A DNA stretch of 36,535 nucleotides from a virus (IMGVR_UViG_3300037423_002450:1-36535); one strand, 5' to 3'. Numbered from the stretch's first letter, positions 16,173 through 26,698 are shown. The notes: generated by a model not told the origin, from the letters alone. Translations and numbers: made by a program.

Positions 16173-17174
16173 TCACGCAGCCGCCTTGAGCAAGAACGCC
16201 GCGGAGGCCGCCGTGTTGTCCGGCGCGATGACGTGGTACAGGTCAGTCGCGCCGTTCCGGAGCGTCCTTCCGCCCTGCGCGCCACCGTGCCAGAGGATCG
16301 AGCGGATCAGACCAAGCCGGGCACCGTCGTTCTGGTTGTTCACGGTCGATCGGTGGAATCGCTCGAGGTCGCCGCAGTAGGCCCCCGGCGTGTCCGAGCA
16401 CTCGCCTGCGACGGCCGCGGAGGAGAAGGCGCGGCGCCGCCCACCCGCGTACCAGGTGGCCGCGCCCGGCTGGAACACGCCGCCGTGGTAGGCGCCCGCG
16501 GTCGTTCCGTGGTTCCACATCGTGTTCGACGTGTTGAGCCAGGTGGTCGAGACCGCGGCGCTCGCACCGCTGACGAACATGCCGTAGAGGCGGTTGTCCG
16601 ACTCGCCCGCGCCGACGCCCGTGGAGAGCGGCTCGCCCACCGCGCCGATGTAGATCCACCCGTGCGTCTGTCCCGTGGCGGTCGTGAAGGCCGTGACGAG
16701 AATCGACTCCTCGCCGATGTACACCCGCACGGTGGCGCCAGTGCTGTTCCACGTCGTGCCAAACCCGCGCCAGTAGCCCGAGAACGTCCCGCTCGTCATC
16801 GGGTTCGCGTTGTCCCAGGCGTTGAAGGCGCCCGGCGACTTCACGATCCCGGCCAGCAGGTTGCTCGCCGTGAAGGTGTCGGGCGTGAGCATCGTCGGCG
16901 TCGGCGCGCCAGAGCTGCCGGCGAGGAGGATCGCCGGCGTGAGGCCCATCGACGTCCCGGACGGGCACGCCGAGTTGTAGACGCACTCCGTCGTGCCCGC
17001 GTTCTGGAACCGGGCCCACGTCCAGAGGTGCGTCGAGGGCAGCGCCGTGCCGCGGTAGTCGGTCGTCGAGGTCAGGGCGGCGTAGATCGCGTTGAGGAGC
17101 CCGGCGATCGTCGACGCGGCCGGCACCTGGTCGGCCATCCGGTAGTAGGTCTGGTCGGGAAGCGGGAGGCTCAT
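16173..17174 (-). CDS. Tail fibre / receptor-binding-associated protein
   Basis: T/S/G/A-rich 333 aa at the end of the tail module. Confidence 0.55.
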   Translation of the reverse strand: MSLPLPDQTYYRMADQVPAASTIAGLLNAIYAALTSTTDYRGTALPSTHLWTWARFQNAGTTECVYNSACPSGTSMGLTPAILLAGSSGAPTPTMLTPDTFTASNLLAGIVKSPGAFNAWDNANPMTSGTFSGYWRGFGTTWNSTGATVRVYIGEESILVTAFTTATGQTHGWIYIGAVGEPLSTGVGAGESDNRLYGMFVSGASAAVSTTWLNTSNTMWNHGTTAGAYHGGVFQPGAATWYAGGRRRAFSSAAVAGECSDTPGAYCGDLERFHRSTVNNQNDGARLGLIRSILWHGGAQGGRTLRNGATDLYHVIAPDNTAASAAFLLKAAA

Positions 17175-18025
17175 ACGAGGGTCCCCGTCTGCGCGACGCT
17201 CGCGCTGCGTGTGTTGTTTGCCGTGCCGACGCTCGCGACCTCGTTGATGACCTGGGTCGCGACGACGGCCATGAGGACGAAGGTGCCGACGATCGTGGTC
17301 CCCGAGCGCTTGAGAAGCTGGCCATCCGCGACGGCGCCCATCGTCATGTTCGTCGGGCCGGATGTCTCTCGAAGGCCCCGCACGTCAGGGTTGGGGAAGG
17401 TTCCACCGAGTTGCCCGCCCGCCGCGTCCCCCGACTTCAGCGCCGCGACGAGGTTGGCTTGGATGATCGTCCACGACGTCCCGACCGCGCCCGACGTGCC
17501 CCCGGCGTTGTCCGCGATGGCGACGAAGACGTCGCCCTGGTCAACCGTCGTGCCCGACACGCCGCCGATCTTCCCGGCGACGGAGACGACGTACGCATCG
17601 CCCTTCGCGGCGGCGGGGTAGTTCGGGTTCGCCGAGCAGTCCCGCGTTCCCTTCAGGTCCCAGAGGCCGGTGACCGCGTTGTCGACATAGGTCTTGATCG
17701 CCTTCTGGCTGGCGAGGCGGCTGTCGCTGTTGCCCGCGAGGGTACCGTCCGTGTCGACCTGCCAGAGCGACGAGGCGCCGCCCGAGAAGCCCGCGACGTA
17801 GCCGTCGGTGCCCGTGTGGCCGCTCGAGAGCCACGGCAGGTTCGTGAGCAGCGCGTGGTCGGAGGTGCCGCCCCCGCTCGCCTGGACGGTGAGCGTGCAG
17901 ACGCCGTCGACCGTCGCCGACGTGAGCGTCACGCCCGTGCCGGCCTCGATGACCAGGCGCGTCGCGCGCTCGCCCTGCGTCGCGGGGACGTCGATCGACT
18001 TCGCGTGGACGCGCGTGGTCGCCAT
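17171..18025 (-). CDS. Tail fibre protein
   Basis: LASQKAIKTYVD, KGDAYVVSVAG and GGQLGGTFPNP fibre-type motifs. Confidence 0.65.
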   Translation of the reverse strand: MATTRVHAKSIDVPATQGERATRLVIEAGTGVTLTSATVDGVCTLTVQASGGGTSDHALLTNLPWLSSGHTGTDGYVAGFSGGASSLWQVDTDGTLAGNSDSRLASQKAIKTYVDNAVTGLWDLKGTRDCSANPNYPAAAKGDAYVVSVAGKIGGVSGTTVDQGDVFVAIADNAGGTSGAVGTSWTIIQANLVAALKSGDAAGGQLGGTFPNPDVRGLRETSGPTNMTMGAVADGQLLKRSGTTIVGTFVLMAVVATQVINEVASVGTANNTRSASVAQTGTLV

Positions 18026-19863
18026 CAGCCGACCAGCCGCGCGTCGCGGACGGGGTCCTCGATCAGGAGCAGCTTCAGCCGGATCTGCCCCGACCCGTCG
18101 GTGACGACGGACTCGACGAGGGCGACCTGCTGCGTCCAGGAGAGGTCGGCGTCGGTGATCGTGACGACGTTCCCGCGCTCGAGCCAGCCGTACACGTTCT
18201 CGGGCACGAGGTACTCGACGCGCCGTCGCGCGAAGGCGTACGCCCGCGAGCGCCACGCGAGGATCTTCTGCGCGGTCGTGTCGTCGTAGACGGCGAGGGT
18301 CTCGATGGTCTCCGGGACCACCAGGCGCGAGCCGTCGCCGTTGCGGTAGCGGAGCTGCGAGAGCCGGGCGTGGTACCCGATGAGGCCCGTCGTGACGTCC
18401 CCGAGGTTGTCGGGGTCGATGTCCTCCTCGTCGCCGGCGAGGCGGGCCTTCCCCATGTACGTGCCGGTGCGGATCGAGAGCGCGTACTTCAAGGTGAAGT
18501 CGTTCAGGATCGTGTCGCTGTCGTAGGAGACGTTCGACGCGCGCTCGATGCTCGGGTCCACCGCAGTGGAGAGGTGCGCGACCGCGTCGTTCACGCCCGC
18601 GTCCCACCGCCAGACGATCGGGTAGATGCCGTCCGGGCCGACGACGAGCGACACGGGGAGCAGCGGCAGGAGTTGCTGCGCGATGAACTCCCACGGGGTC
18701 GTCTTCCCGTCGATCGTGAAGTCGAAGAGGAAGCCCGAGAGGAGCGGCTTCGCCGCGGCGAAGCGCCCGCGGTCGATCGGCGCGTTGCTGTAGCCGAGGA
18801 GGAACTCGAGCACGTCGCCGGCCTGCCGCATCGTCGTGCCGTCGGGGCCGATGGCGCCGCCGCCGCCCTCGGTCTCCTCGTCGAGGACGCCGGCGTAGAT
18901 GGGGAGGGACTCGCCCGCGATCGGCTGGAAGCTGTTGTCGATGCTCGCGGGCGTCGACCCGAGGCTGTGCAGCGTCCCGCTGCTGAAGGTGTAGATGACC
19001 GTCGAGTCGTACTCGAAGTCGTCGCTGTCGGAGTTGTCGCGGTCGACGTACCAGGGGAGGATCGCGACGGGGTGGCCCTGCTTGTCGAACGTGTTGAGGA
19101 CGCGGAAGCGGTGGCCGGCCGTGTACTCCTCGGTGTTCAGGTACACCGACGTCGCGGTGACGTGGTGCCCGGCGAACACGGCGGTGATGTGGATGCGCTC
19201 GCCGGCAGCGGGAGGAGTTACCCCCGCATACGCGGTGTTCCGGTGGTCGACGAAAACGGGCTGCGACCCGGTCACCCATCCCGCGCTTGCGACGGCCGCG
19301 CTCACCTTCCCCGGGCAGCCGACGACGATGGGGTAGTAGAGGCCGAGGTCCTCGGTCGCGAGCGACAGGATCATGTCGTCGGTCCAGTTCGAGCCGGTCA
19401 CCGTGAGCGCGGGCGGCGGGATCTCGGCCGAGTCGGCCCACGGCGACGCCTCGATGCTGAAGGACACGGGCTCGTCGCTCGCGCCGTACTCGGGGTCCGA
19501 GAGCCCGCCCGAGATGACGCGGCGCCGGCTCTCGTAGGCCGTGCCCTCGATCCAGCGCGAGAGCTCCGCACGGGCGGCGCCGAGGTCGTGGCCCGCGGCG
19601 ACGAGGGCGGGGACGTCGACGGGGAGGACGCAGGCGATCGCCACGCTCGTGGACGAGCCCGACGCGTCGGCGAGGAAGTCGAGCCCCTCCTCGGCCTCGA
19701 TCGCGTCGAGGACGCCGACGTAGTGGAGGGACGTCCCGTCCTCCTGCTCGACGTCGACCTCGTCGTCCGAGAGCCGGAGCGTGCGCCCCGCGAAGGTCAG
19801 GTCGAGGAGCCAGCGGCAGGTGCGGCCGCGGAGGTCGTTCGGGTGGAGGCGTTCGACGGGCAC
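18025..19863 (-). CDS. Tail tip / hub-like protein (612 aa)
   Basis: Position; C-terminal LERGNVVTITD OB-like segment typical of tip proteins. Confidence 0.55.
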   Translation of the reverse strand: MPVERLHPNDLRGRTCRWLLDLTFAGRTLRLSDDEVDVEQEDGTSLHYVGVLDAIEAEEGLDFLADASGSSTSVAIACVLPVDVPALVAAGHDLGAARAELSRWIEGTAYESRRRVISGGLSDPEYGASDEPVSFSIEASPWADSAEIPPPALTVTGSNWTDDMILSLATEDLGLYYPIVVGCPGKVSAAVASAGWVTGSQPVFVDHRNTAYAGVTPPAAGERIHITAVFAGHHVTATSVYLNTEEYTAGHRFRVLNTFDKQGHPVAILPWYVDRDNSDSDDFEYDSTVIYTFSSGTLHSLGSTPASIDNSFQPIAGESLPIYAGVLDEETEGGGGAIGPDGTTMRQAGDVLEFLLGYSNAPIDRGRFAAAKPLLSGFLFDFTIDGKTTPWEFIAQQLLPLLPVSLVVGPDGIYPIVWRWDAGVNDAVAHLSTAVDPSIERASNVSYDSDTILNDFTLKYALSIRTGTYMGKARLAGDEEDIDPDNLGDVTTGLIGYHARLSQLRYRNGDGSRLVVPETIETLAVYDDTTAQKILAWRSRAYAFARRRVEYLVPENVYGWLERGNVVTITDADLSWTQQVALVESVVTDGSGQIRLKLLLIEDPVRDARLVG

Positions 19864-19868
19864 GCCTC

Positions 19869-19878
19869 CGTGCTACCG
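19869..19878 (-). promoter_or_regulatory. Putative late promoter CGGTAGCACG (leaderless)
   Basis: Exactly 5 nt before GTG 19863. Confidence 0.8.
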
Positions 19879-19888
19879 ACGGACCCTA

Positions 19889-20317
19889 CTACGGGCTGCT
19901 GTCCTCCCCTGCGGGGCCTACGCCGCAGGCGTCTCGACAGTCCACGAACAGGTAGTCCCCAGCCTCCCCCCACGACTCCCCGTCGTAGTAGGCGTCTCGA
20001 TACATGGCGAGCGCGTCGTCGCACGTGCGCACCGCACGCAGTTCCGCAAGGCAGGCCGCGGCCGCGTCGGCGTCGAACTCGCACGGGTCCATCAGCGCCT
20101 CGGCAGCGCTCACGATCTCGCCGCGGTCGTACTCGGGTTCGAGGTCCACGCCTGCGTCCAGGAGGGTGCCATCGCACGTGTTGAGGGCGTTCGCCTCGTA
20201 GCGAATCGCGGGATCGCCGTTCAACGTCTCGATTCTGTATGCCTGGACGGCGAACTCGCGTGGGAAGCTGTCGGCTGTCGGCGTGCAGCCCGCAAGCAGA
20301 GCGAGGAGGAGCAGCAT
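19889..20317 (-). CDS. Cys-rich lipoprotein, moron-like insertion in the tail module
   Basis: MLLLLALLAGC lipobox; GGAGG 9 nt upstream; frame open back to ATG 20548. Confidence 0.65.
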   Translation of the reverse strand: MLLLLALLAGCTPTADSFPREFAVQAYRIETLNGDPAIRYEANALNTCDGTLLDAGVDLEPEYDRGEIVSAAEALMDPCEFDADAAAACLAELRAVRTCDDALAMYRDAYYDGESWGEAGDYLFVDCRDACGVGPAGEDSSP

Positions 20318-20547
20318 GTTCGGCATCCTCCCATGAACGCCCGGGCGGTCAAGGGCTTCAGCCGCGGCGGCCCTCACACGCCGGGTGGCGTGGCGGATCG
20401 CGCGGTCGAGCTGCGCCGCGAGCGCCTTCGCCTGCGCTTCGGTGACCGGCGGGATGCGCGCGATCTCGCGCCGGAAGAACTCGACGTCGCAGTGCTCGGT
20501 CATGCGCACGGTCCCGTCGGGCAGCACCTCGTCGATCGTCCAGTACA

Positions 20548-23500
20548 TCAGACCTCCTCCTCGAGCCGGACCTGCCCGATGCGCAGGATCTCGTCCTTCC
20601 CCTCGCCGCCCTGGACGTTGTCGACGCGCACGGTCTCGGAGAGGACGCGCCCGTAGACGAACATGCGCCGGTCGGTGAGCGTCACGACCGCGCTCCCCGA
20701 GCTGGGCACGCTGATCGCCCCGACGTAGACCACGGGCGTGGTTGCGCCGTGGATGCTGTCGAGCAGGCCGGGCAGGCTCCACGGCATGTCGGCCGGGACG
20801 GCGACGGCGCCACCGGACGTCCAGCCCAAGATCCAGTTCGGCGACGAGAGCGCGAGCGGGGACGTCTCCACGCCGTCGACCCACGAGACCTCGACGGCGC
20901 GCCGAGCCGGCCCGAGCGCGCGGACGTTGCGGATGCCCGTGCGGCCCTCGGTCACCTCGAAGTCGTACGCCCACTCGAGCCCGCGCCCCCACGCGGTCTC
21001 CATGAGGTAGCTGCCCGTGGGGAAGAAGGCGCCGAAGACGAGCGCGCCCAGCTCGAAGTAGCCCTCGGCGGTCGTGTGCGCGGGGATGACGAGCTTCCAC
21101 CGCTTGTAGGTCGCCGTCATCGGCACGATCGCGAGCGCGTCCTTGATCCAGAGGGCCGCCCCGGTGCCGCTCGTCGCCTCCGTGCCGTCGACCTCCTCGA
21201 GGAGGATGCGCGTCTGCAGGGACGAGGAGCCGGACTCCCACTTCCCCGCCGAGTTCGTCTCGATCTTCCGCACCGCCGGCGCAGGCTCGCCGCCGCTCGT
21301 GACGAGCTCGAGGCGGCTCCCGGCGAGGATGTTCGTCGGCAGGTAGTAGGACACGCTCGACCCGCCCGTCGTGTCGGGACGGACCACGCGTCCGTTGCGC
21401 GTCCACTTCAGGTTGACCTGGGCGCGCAGGTCGATGTCCCCCACCTTCGTCCAGATGCCCGCGCCGTTCTGCCCCCAGAGTTCGCACTGCGGGAAGTTCG
21501 CGTCGCCGAGGTAGATGCCGACGAGGGCACCCATGGGGACCGTCGCCTCGTCGCCGAGCTCCCACGCGATCTCGACGTTGCTCGCGTCGGTCGTGCTCCG
21601 CCACCGGCGCCGCGGGCTCGGCGCGACGTCCGGGAAGACGTTCTCCACCCCGTAGTCGTAGACGGGGTCGATGTTCCAGTCCTCGTTCCGGAAGGTCGGC
21701 CCGTCGACCGCGCGGATCGACGTGCCGCCGTCGACGTAGATCGGCTCCGCCGTGTAGCAGCGGCCGAGCAGGTCCGAGTAATTGTCCTGCCCGTAGAGGT
21801 GCTCCTCGGTGTACGCGCCGTGGCTGAAGCACGCCATCGTCGAGTACGACGCGCTGCTGTCGAACTGGCCGAAGCGGAGGCGGTGGCCGACCACCGTGGT
21901 GGACCCGCGGTCGGTGAGCGCCGCCGTCGCGCCCACCTCTGTCCAGTCGCGATCGCCCGAGGCGCCGACCGGGCGGTACCACATCCGCGCCTTGCCGCTG
22001 TAGACGTCGACGAGGATCTGGACCTTCCCGTCGACGCCGGCGGTCGTCGGGACGCTGTCGACGTCGAGGCCGGAGACCGAGTCGTGGAGCGCGATCGACG
22101 CCGCGTTGACCAGGCAGGCGATCTCGTACTCCACGGAGACGCCGTCGTTCACGATGATCTCGGCCCGCCACTGGTTCGTGACGAGCTGGCACTCGAACAG
22201 CGCCGTGACGCCCTGCGCGAGCGTGCCGGTGATGTTCGCGTACGTCCGCATCTCGGTCTGCCCCACCCCGGTGGTGAGGTGGAGACCGTCGCTCGTGAGC
22301 GCCGAGGTGCCCGTCGACGTCGCCGACCACCCCGAGACGTTCGCGGGGTCGTCGTAGGGGAGCCACGTCACCGTGAAGCCCGCGACCGTGTTCGGCCCGA
22401 TCGCGGTGCTCGTCTCCTGCGCGAGACAGACCGTCGTGTACCCGCCGAGCCAGAAGCCCGCGAGGCTGTCGTCCGCGGTGCCCGGGTTGGCGGCGAAGCG
22501 GTGCGCGACGAAGGCGCGGCCGCGGTGCGCGCAGACCGCGAAGTCGTACGGGTAGGTCGCCGTGTCGCCGCCGATCCACGTGCTCACGCCGGCCGAGGGC
22601 GCGGGCCCGCCGCCGAGGTCCGCCCACGTGGCGCCGCGGTCGTACGACGCGCGGACGCTCGCCTCGAAGGTCGTCGACGCGTGGTCCCGGCCCATCACGT
22701 AGACGACGCCGTCCTCGTCGACCCACATCGCGAGGTCGCCCGAGTTGAAGACGCCGCCCGACTCAGTCGCCCACTCCATCACGTCGGCGTCGGTCTGCAG
22801 GTCGCCCGAGTTCGCGTCGCTGATCGCCTGGAACGCGCTCGCCAGTTCGCGCCACGCCGGCGGGTAGCTCGAGCCCGTCGTCGCGAAGTTGGTCACGTAC
22901 CCGACGAGGATCTTCCCGTCGGTGACGACGGCGTCCGGGTACCCGCGGTTGTGGCCGGTGAGCGCGTCGACGTAGTCGAAGGTCGCGCCGAGGTCGTTGC
23001 TCGCGTACTGCCAGATCTGATCCTCGGGCGTGGCGATGTCGCGCACGTGCACGAAGAGGGCGAGCTGGTCGTTCAGCTCGACGACGCGCCTCCGGAGGGG
23101 GAGCTGCGCCGTCGCGTCCAACGCGGTGTCGAGGCAGCCCTTCTGCGCCGGGAGCCATGTCGTGCCCGCGTCGTCGCTGTAGTAGGTGCGGAGCTGCACG
23201 CTCGTGCCGTTCTCCGTCCAGAAGAGGCAGAGGAGCCGCCCGCTCGTGAGCTGGACGAGGCACGGGTAGGGCTCCGTGTACGAGAGCGCCGCGCCCGGGT
23301 CGTAGACCTCGTGCAGGGTCCACGTGCCGGTGCTCGGGTCCCGCGTCCACACGACCGTCTTCTGCGTGTCCTCGCCGACCGCGACGGCGATCGTGCCGTC
23401 GGAGAGCGTGAGCGCGTGCGGGTGCTTCCACTTCCCCGCCGTGTTCGAGTGCCCGACGAACTCGAACCCCGTCAGCGACGCGGGTGGGTCCCAGCCCCGC

Positions 23501-23778
23501 CAGTGCTCGGCGCCGTCGCCCTCGTACTTCCAGACGAGCCGGGCCTGGTCGATGCCGGGGTGCCCGCCGCGGATCGTCTTCACCCGGAGCTGGGCCGAGC
23601 TCGCCTGCGAGCCGCTCGCCTCGAGCACCATCTCCGTGTCCTGCTGCGCCTCGGGGACGCCCGGGCGCGAGCCGGCCTGCGTGAGGGTCGAGCTCGCCGA
23701 CGCGTACGCCGCCCACTTGAAGCGCGGGTCGGGGACGAGGAGACCGCGGAGGACGCTGGGGGTGGTGCCGCTGCCCAT
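20548..23778 (-). CDS. Large tail protein with Asp-box (BNR) beta-propeller (1076 aa)
   Basis: SDDAGTTW, SNDLGATF, SYDRGATW; follows the tape measure gene. Confidence 0.7.
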   Translation of the reverse strand: MGSGTTPSVLRGLLVPDPRFKWAAYASASSTLTQAGSRPGVPEAQQDTEMVLEASGSQASSAQLRVKTIRGGHPGIDQARLVWKYEGDGAEHWRGWDPPASLTGFEFVGHSNTAGKWKHPHALTLSDGTIAVAVGEDTQKTVVWTRDPSTGTWTLHEVYDPGAALSYTEPYPCLVQLTSGRLLCLFWTENGTSVQLRTYYSDDAGTTWLPAQKGCLDTALDATAQLPLRRRVVELNDQLALFVHVRDIATPEDQIWQYASNDLGATFDYVDALTGHNRGYPDAVVTDGKILVGYVTNFATTGSSYPPAWRELASAFQAISDANSGDLQTDADVMEWATESGGVFNSGDLAMWVDEDGVVYVMGRDHASTTFEASVRASYDRGATWADLGGGPAPSAGVSTWIGGDTATYPYDFAVCAHRGRAFVAHRFAANPGTADDSLAGFWLGGYTTVCLAQETSTAIGPNTVAGFTVTWLPYDDPANVSGWSATSTGTSALTSDGLHLTTGVGQTEMRTYANITGTLAQGVTALFECQLVTNQWRAEIIVNDGVSVEYEIACLVNAASIALHDSVSGLDVDSVPTTAGVDGKVQILVDVYSGKARMWYRPVGASGDRDWTEVGATAALTDRGSTTVVGHRLRFGQFDSSASYSTMACFSHGAYTEEHLYGQDNYSDLLGRCYTAEPIYVDGGTSIRAVDGPTFRNEDWNIDPVYDYGVENVFPDVAPSPRRRWRSTTDASNVEIAWELGDEATVPMGALVGIYLGDANFPQCELWGQNGAGIWTKVGDIDLRAQVNLKWTRNGRVVRPDTTGGSSVSYYLPTNILAGSRLELVTSGGEPAPAVRKIETNSAGKWESGSSSLQTRILLEEVDGTEATSGTGAALWIKDALAIVPMTATYKRWKLVIPAHTTAEGYFELGALVFGAFFPTGSYLMETAWGRGLEWAYDFEVTEGRTGIRNVRALGPARRAVEVSWVDGVETSPLALSSPNWILGWTSGGAVAVPADMPWSLPGLLDSIHGATTPVVYVGAISVPSSGSAVVTLTDRRMFVYGRVLSETVRVDNVQGGEGKDEILRIGQVRLEEEV

Positions 23779-23783
23779 GCGTC

Positions 23784-23793
23784 CGTGCTACCG
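23784..23793 (-). promoter_or_regulatory. Putative late promoter CGGTAGCACG (leaderless)
   Basis: Exactly 5 nt before ATG 23778. Confidence 0.8.
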
Positions 23794-23804
23794 ACCGAGG
23801 CCCG

Positions 23805-26006
23805 TCACGCCCGGTTCGATCGGTGCCCGGCCTGCTTGCCCTCGGCGATCGCCTTCGAGATCGGGTCGCCCATCAGCAGTCCGTCTGCCTTCCACCGCTG
23901 GACCTGCCGCGTGTGCCGGTACACGGACACGGCGACGACGGTGCCGCCGGAGGGGCTCACCCCGGCGTTCGCGCGGCGGAGGTCCTCGTCGCCGAACATG
24001 CCGCGCCCGGTCGGGTTCAGCATGAACTCGTGCGACCGCGCCGTGACGTTCATCTCGTCGGGCGCGAGGTCGATCGGACCGCCGATGTGGAAGGACGGGT
24101 TCTCTGCCGCGATGGCGCCGAGCTGCGTCGCGCCCGCTGCGGCGGCGATGCCCGCGAAGGCCGCGCCGACGATCGGCCCGGCCGGGCCGCCGGTCTGCAG
24201 GCCGTCGTTCCACGCCGCCACGATCGACGAGGCCAGGTTGATCGCGGCCTCGGCCATGCGCGCGCGCTTCGACGCGGCGAACGCCTTCGCGGCCGCCTTC
24301 CGCTGGGCGTCGATCCGCTCCTGCAGCTCCTTCTTCTGGGCGGCCGTGTAGTACGCGTCGCCCGCGACGAGCTGCTGCTGGAGGCGGTCGGCCGCGTCCT
24401 CGGCGTGGTTGTAGGTCGCCTCGTAGGCCGACGCGATCTGGTCGAGGCCCCGGCTCGTGTAGCCGGCGACCTTCATCGCCGTGTCCTCGGCCTGCTTGAT
24501 CTGCAGCTTCGCCGCGCGCGCGGCGTAGGCCGCCTGGATGGCGGCCGCGTCCTTCGCGATCTGCGACTCGTCGAGGTGCGCGGCCTTGGCGGCGTCGAGG
24601 TACTCCCGGAGCGCGCGCTCCTTGTCGACGGCGAGCTGCTCGTACGCGGTGCGCTCGTTGGCCGTGCTCGCGGTGACCAGGTCCTCGGCCTTCTGCACGG
24701 CCGCGCGCCGGGCGTCCGCCTCCGCGTCGAGGCCCTTCTCCAGCTCCGCCCGGGCGCGCGCGCGGAGCTCGGCCATGTCCTTCTCGGTGGCCTGGTCGAT
24801 CTTCCCCGCGGCGAGGAGCGCCTCGGCCCACTCGTCGATCTTCGCGATCGTCTTGTCGTACTCAGCCTGCGCTTTCGACTGCGCGGCCTCGCTTTCGATG
24901 AGCGCGGCCGCGATCTCCTCGCGCGCGCGCTTCGCGGCGTCGAGGATCTTCTGCTGCTCGGCGGCGACCTTCGACTCGTTCTTCAGGGCCTCGGTCGCCT
25001 TCTCGGTCGTGGCGATGTGGTCGCGCCCCTTCCGGATGAGGTCGTCGAGCGTGTCGGCGAGGCCCGAGGCGTCGTAGGCCGTCCCCGCCATCGAGGAGCC
25101 CCACTCGACCACCGCGTCGGTGATCGTCTTCGGCGCCGTGCCGAGCGCGTCGACGGCGTGGTCGATGGACGCGCGCGCGGTCTCGAACGAGTCGGGGAGC
25201 TTCGCGCCGGTGTAGTCGGCGACCGCCTCGATCCCGTGGAGCATCGCGTCCAGCGGGATCAGGGGCGTCTCGAGCGCGCCTGCGAGCGGGCCGACGAGGA
25301 GCTGGATGAGCGACCCGATGCCGACCGTGGCGAAGTCCTTCAGGAGGTTCCGCCCCTTCGCCCACTTCTCGAACCACGCCTCCGCGGTGAGCGCGGCGCC
25401 GACCACGGCGTCGGTGAGCTTCTCGACGGTGGGCGCGACGTTCGCGCCGACGGTCACGACGAAGCGGTCGAAGATCGCGTCGATCGCGGTGCCCGAGGCC
25501 GCGAGCGCGTCGAGGCTCTTCTGCGTCTCCTTCGGCACCGCCGGGTAGAAGTCGCTCCCGATGTCCTTGAAGCCGCGGAGCTTCTTCTGCGCGTCGGCCG
25601 CGGCGAAGCCCGCCTCGACGAGGCCCGCGGTGAGCGCGCCCATGGCGAGCGTCGTCCCCGCGACCGTCGCGCCGGCGCCCGCGAGCCCGGCCACGAACAC
25701 GGTCACCGGGTCGACGAGCGCACCCACGGCCTGCCCGAGCGCGCTCGCCTTCTCCGTCATCTCGCCGAAGCCCGCCGCCTTGGCGCCCTTCTCGAGGAAC
25801 GTGAAGGTGCTCGTCCACTCGCCCTTCGTCTGCTTGGCTGCGTCGCGCGCGGACTTCTCGGCCCGCTTCATCTGGCGGTCGAGCTGGCCGACGAGCGTCC
25901 GCGCCTCCTTCCCGCCGATGTCCGGGACCTTGGCGAGCTCGGCCCGGAACGCGTCGAGCTTCGCGACCCACTCGACGCCCACGACCTCGTTGCTTCCGCC
26001 CGGCAT
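23805..26006 (-). CDS. Tail tape measure protein
   Basis: Ala-rich helical 733 aa with hydrophobic stretches and C-terminal FHIGG..E..LN motif. Confidence 0.8.
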   Translation of the reverse strand: MPGGSNEVVGVEWVAKLDAFRAELAKVPDIGGKEARTLVGQLDRQMKRAEKSARDAAKQTKGEWTSTFTFLEKGAKAAGFGEMTEKASALGQAVGALVDPVTVFVAGLAGAGATVAGTTLAMGALTAGLVEAGFAAADAQKKLRGFKDIGSDFYPAVPKETQKSLDALAASGTAIDAIFDRFVVTVGANVAPTVEKLTDAVVGAALTAEAWFEKWAKGRNLLKDFATVGIGSLIQLLVGPLAGALETPLIPLDAMLHGIEAVADYTGAKLPDSFETARASIDHAVDALGTAPKTITDAVVEWGSSMAGTAYDASGLADTLDDLIRKGRDHIATTEKATEALKNESKVAAEQQKILDAAKRAREEIAAALIESEAAQSKAQAEYDKTIAKIDEWAEALLAAGKIDQATEKDMAELRARARAELEKGLDAEADARRAAVQKAEDLVTASTANERTAYEQLAVDKERALREYLDAAKAAHLDESQIAKDAAAIQAAYAARAAKLQIKQAEDTAMKVAGYTSRGLDQIASAYEATYNHAEDAADRLQQQLVAGDAYYTAAQKKELQERIDAQRKAAAKAFAASKRARMAEAAINLASSIVAAWNDGLQTGGPAGPIVGAAFAGIAAAAGATQLGAIAAENPSFHIGGPIDLAPDEMNVTARSHEFMLNPTGRGMFGDEDLRRANAGVSPSGGTVVAVSVYRHTRQVQRWKADGLLMGDPISKAIAEGKQAGHRSNRA

Positions 26007-26698
26007 CAGCGACCTCCCATCCGACGCACGAAGTCACCGGCCATCGTCTTCGCCAGCGCCTTGATCTTCAGGCGCGCGGGCTTCCGGACGTAGTCGGCGA
26101 GGAGGTACCCGGTGCCCGGGTCGGCGACGACCTTCCCCTGCGCGGCGCCGGCGGCGAGCACGTACCACTTCGCCGGGTCGAGTCCTTCCCCGTTGCGCTT
26201 CCCGTCGCGCTTCTTCCCCCACCAGGGATCGCCCGGGGGCGGCAGCACGGGCAGGTCCTTCCGCTTCCACGCCCACCATTCCGCCTGCTCGACGGCCTTC
26301 GCACGGAGCGTCGTGCGCCACGGGCGGTGCACGAAGGCCGCCAGCGGGACGGTGCGCCCGCCGGCCACGCGCTTCTTCCCGCCGTTGGCCCCGGACCCGC
26401 CGAGCTTCCCCGCCTGCACCGTGCGGGTGTCGACGCTGCCGACGCCGACGCGGACCTCGTCGCGGCTCGCGTCCACGGTCGTGACGACCTCGATGTCGCC
26501 TGACTTCCCGGTGCGACGCGTGACGCCCATGCCCCCGTACCAGGCGGCCTCGGCGTCGTCGGCGATCTCCTGCGCGCCCCCTTCGAGCTTCGCGACGGCG
26601 GTGGCGTTCGCCGCCTCCATCGCCCGGCGCACGTGCCCCTCGAGGTCACCGTGGAGCACGACCGTCGTGTTCCCCTCGCGGTAGCGGGTGATCGGCAT
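26006..26698 (-). CDS. Putative neck / tail-completion (HK97 gp10-like) protein
   Basis: Basic protein, RRTG motif after an N-terminal helix; tail module. Confidence 0.45.
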   Translation of the reverse strand: MPITRYREGNTTVVLHGDLEGHVRRAMEAANATAVAKLEGGAQEIADDAEAAWYGGMGVTRRTGKSGDIEVVTTVDASRDEVRVGVGSVDTRTVQAGKLGGSGANGGKKRVAGGRTVPLAAFVHRPWRTTLRAKAVEQAEWWAWKRKDLPVLPPPGDPWWGKKRDGKRNGEGLDPAKWYVLAAGAAQGKVVADPGTGYLLADYVRKPARLKIKALAKTMAGDFVRRMGGR

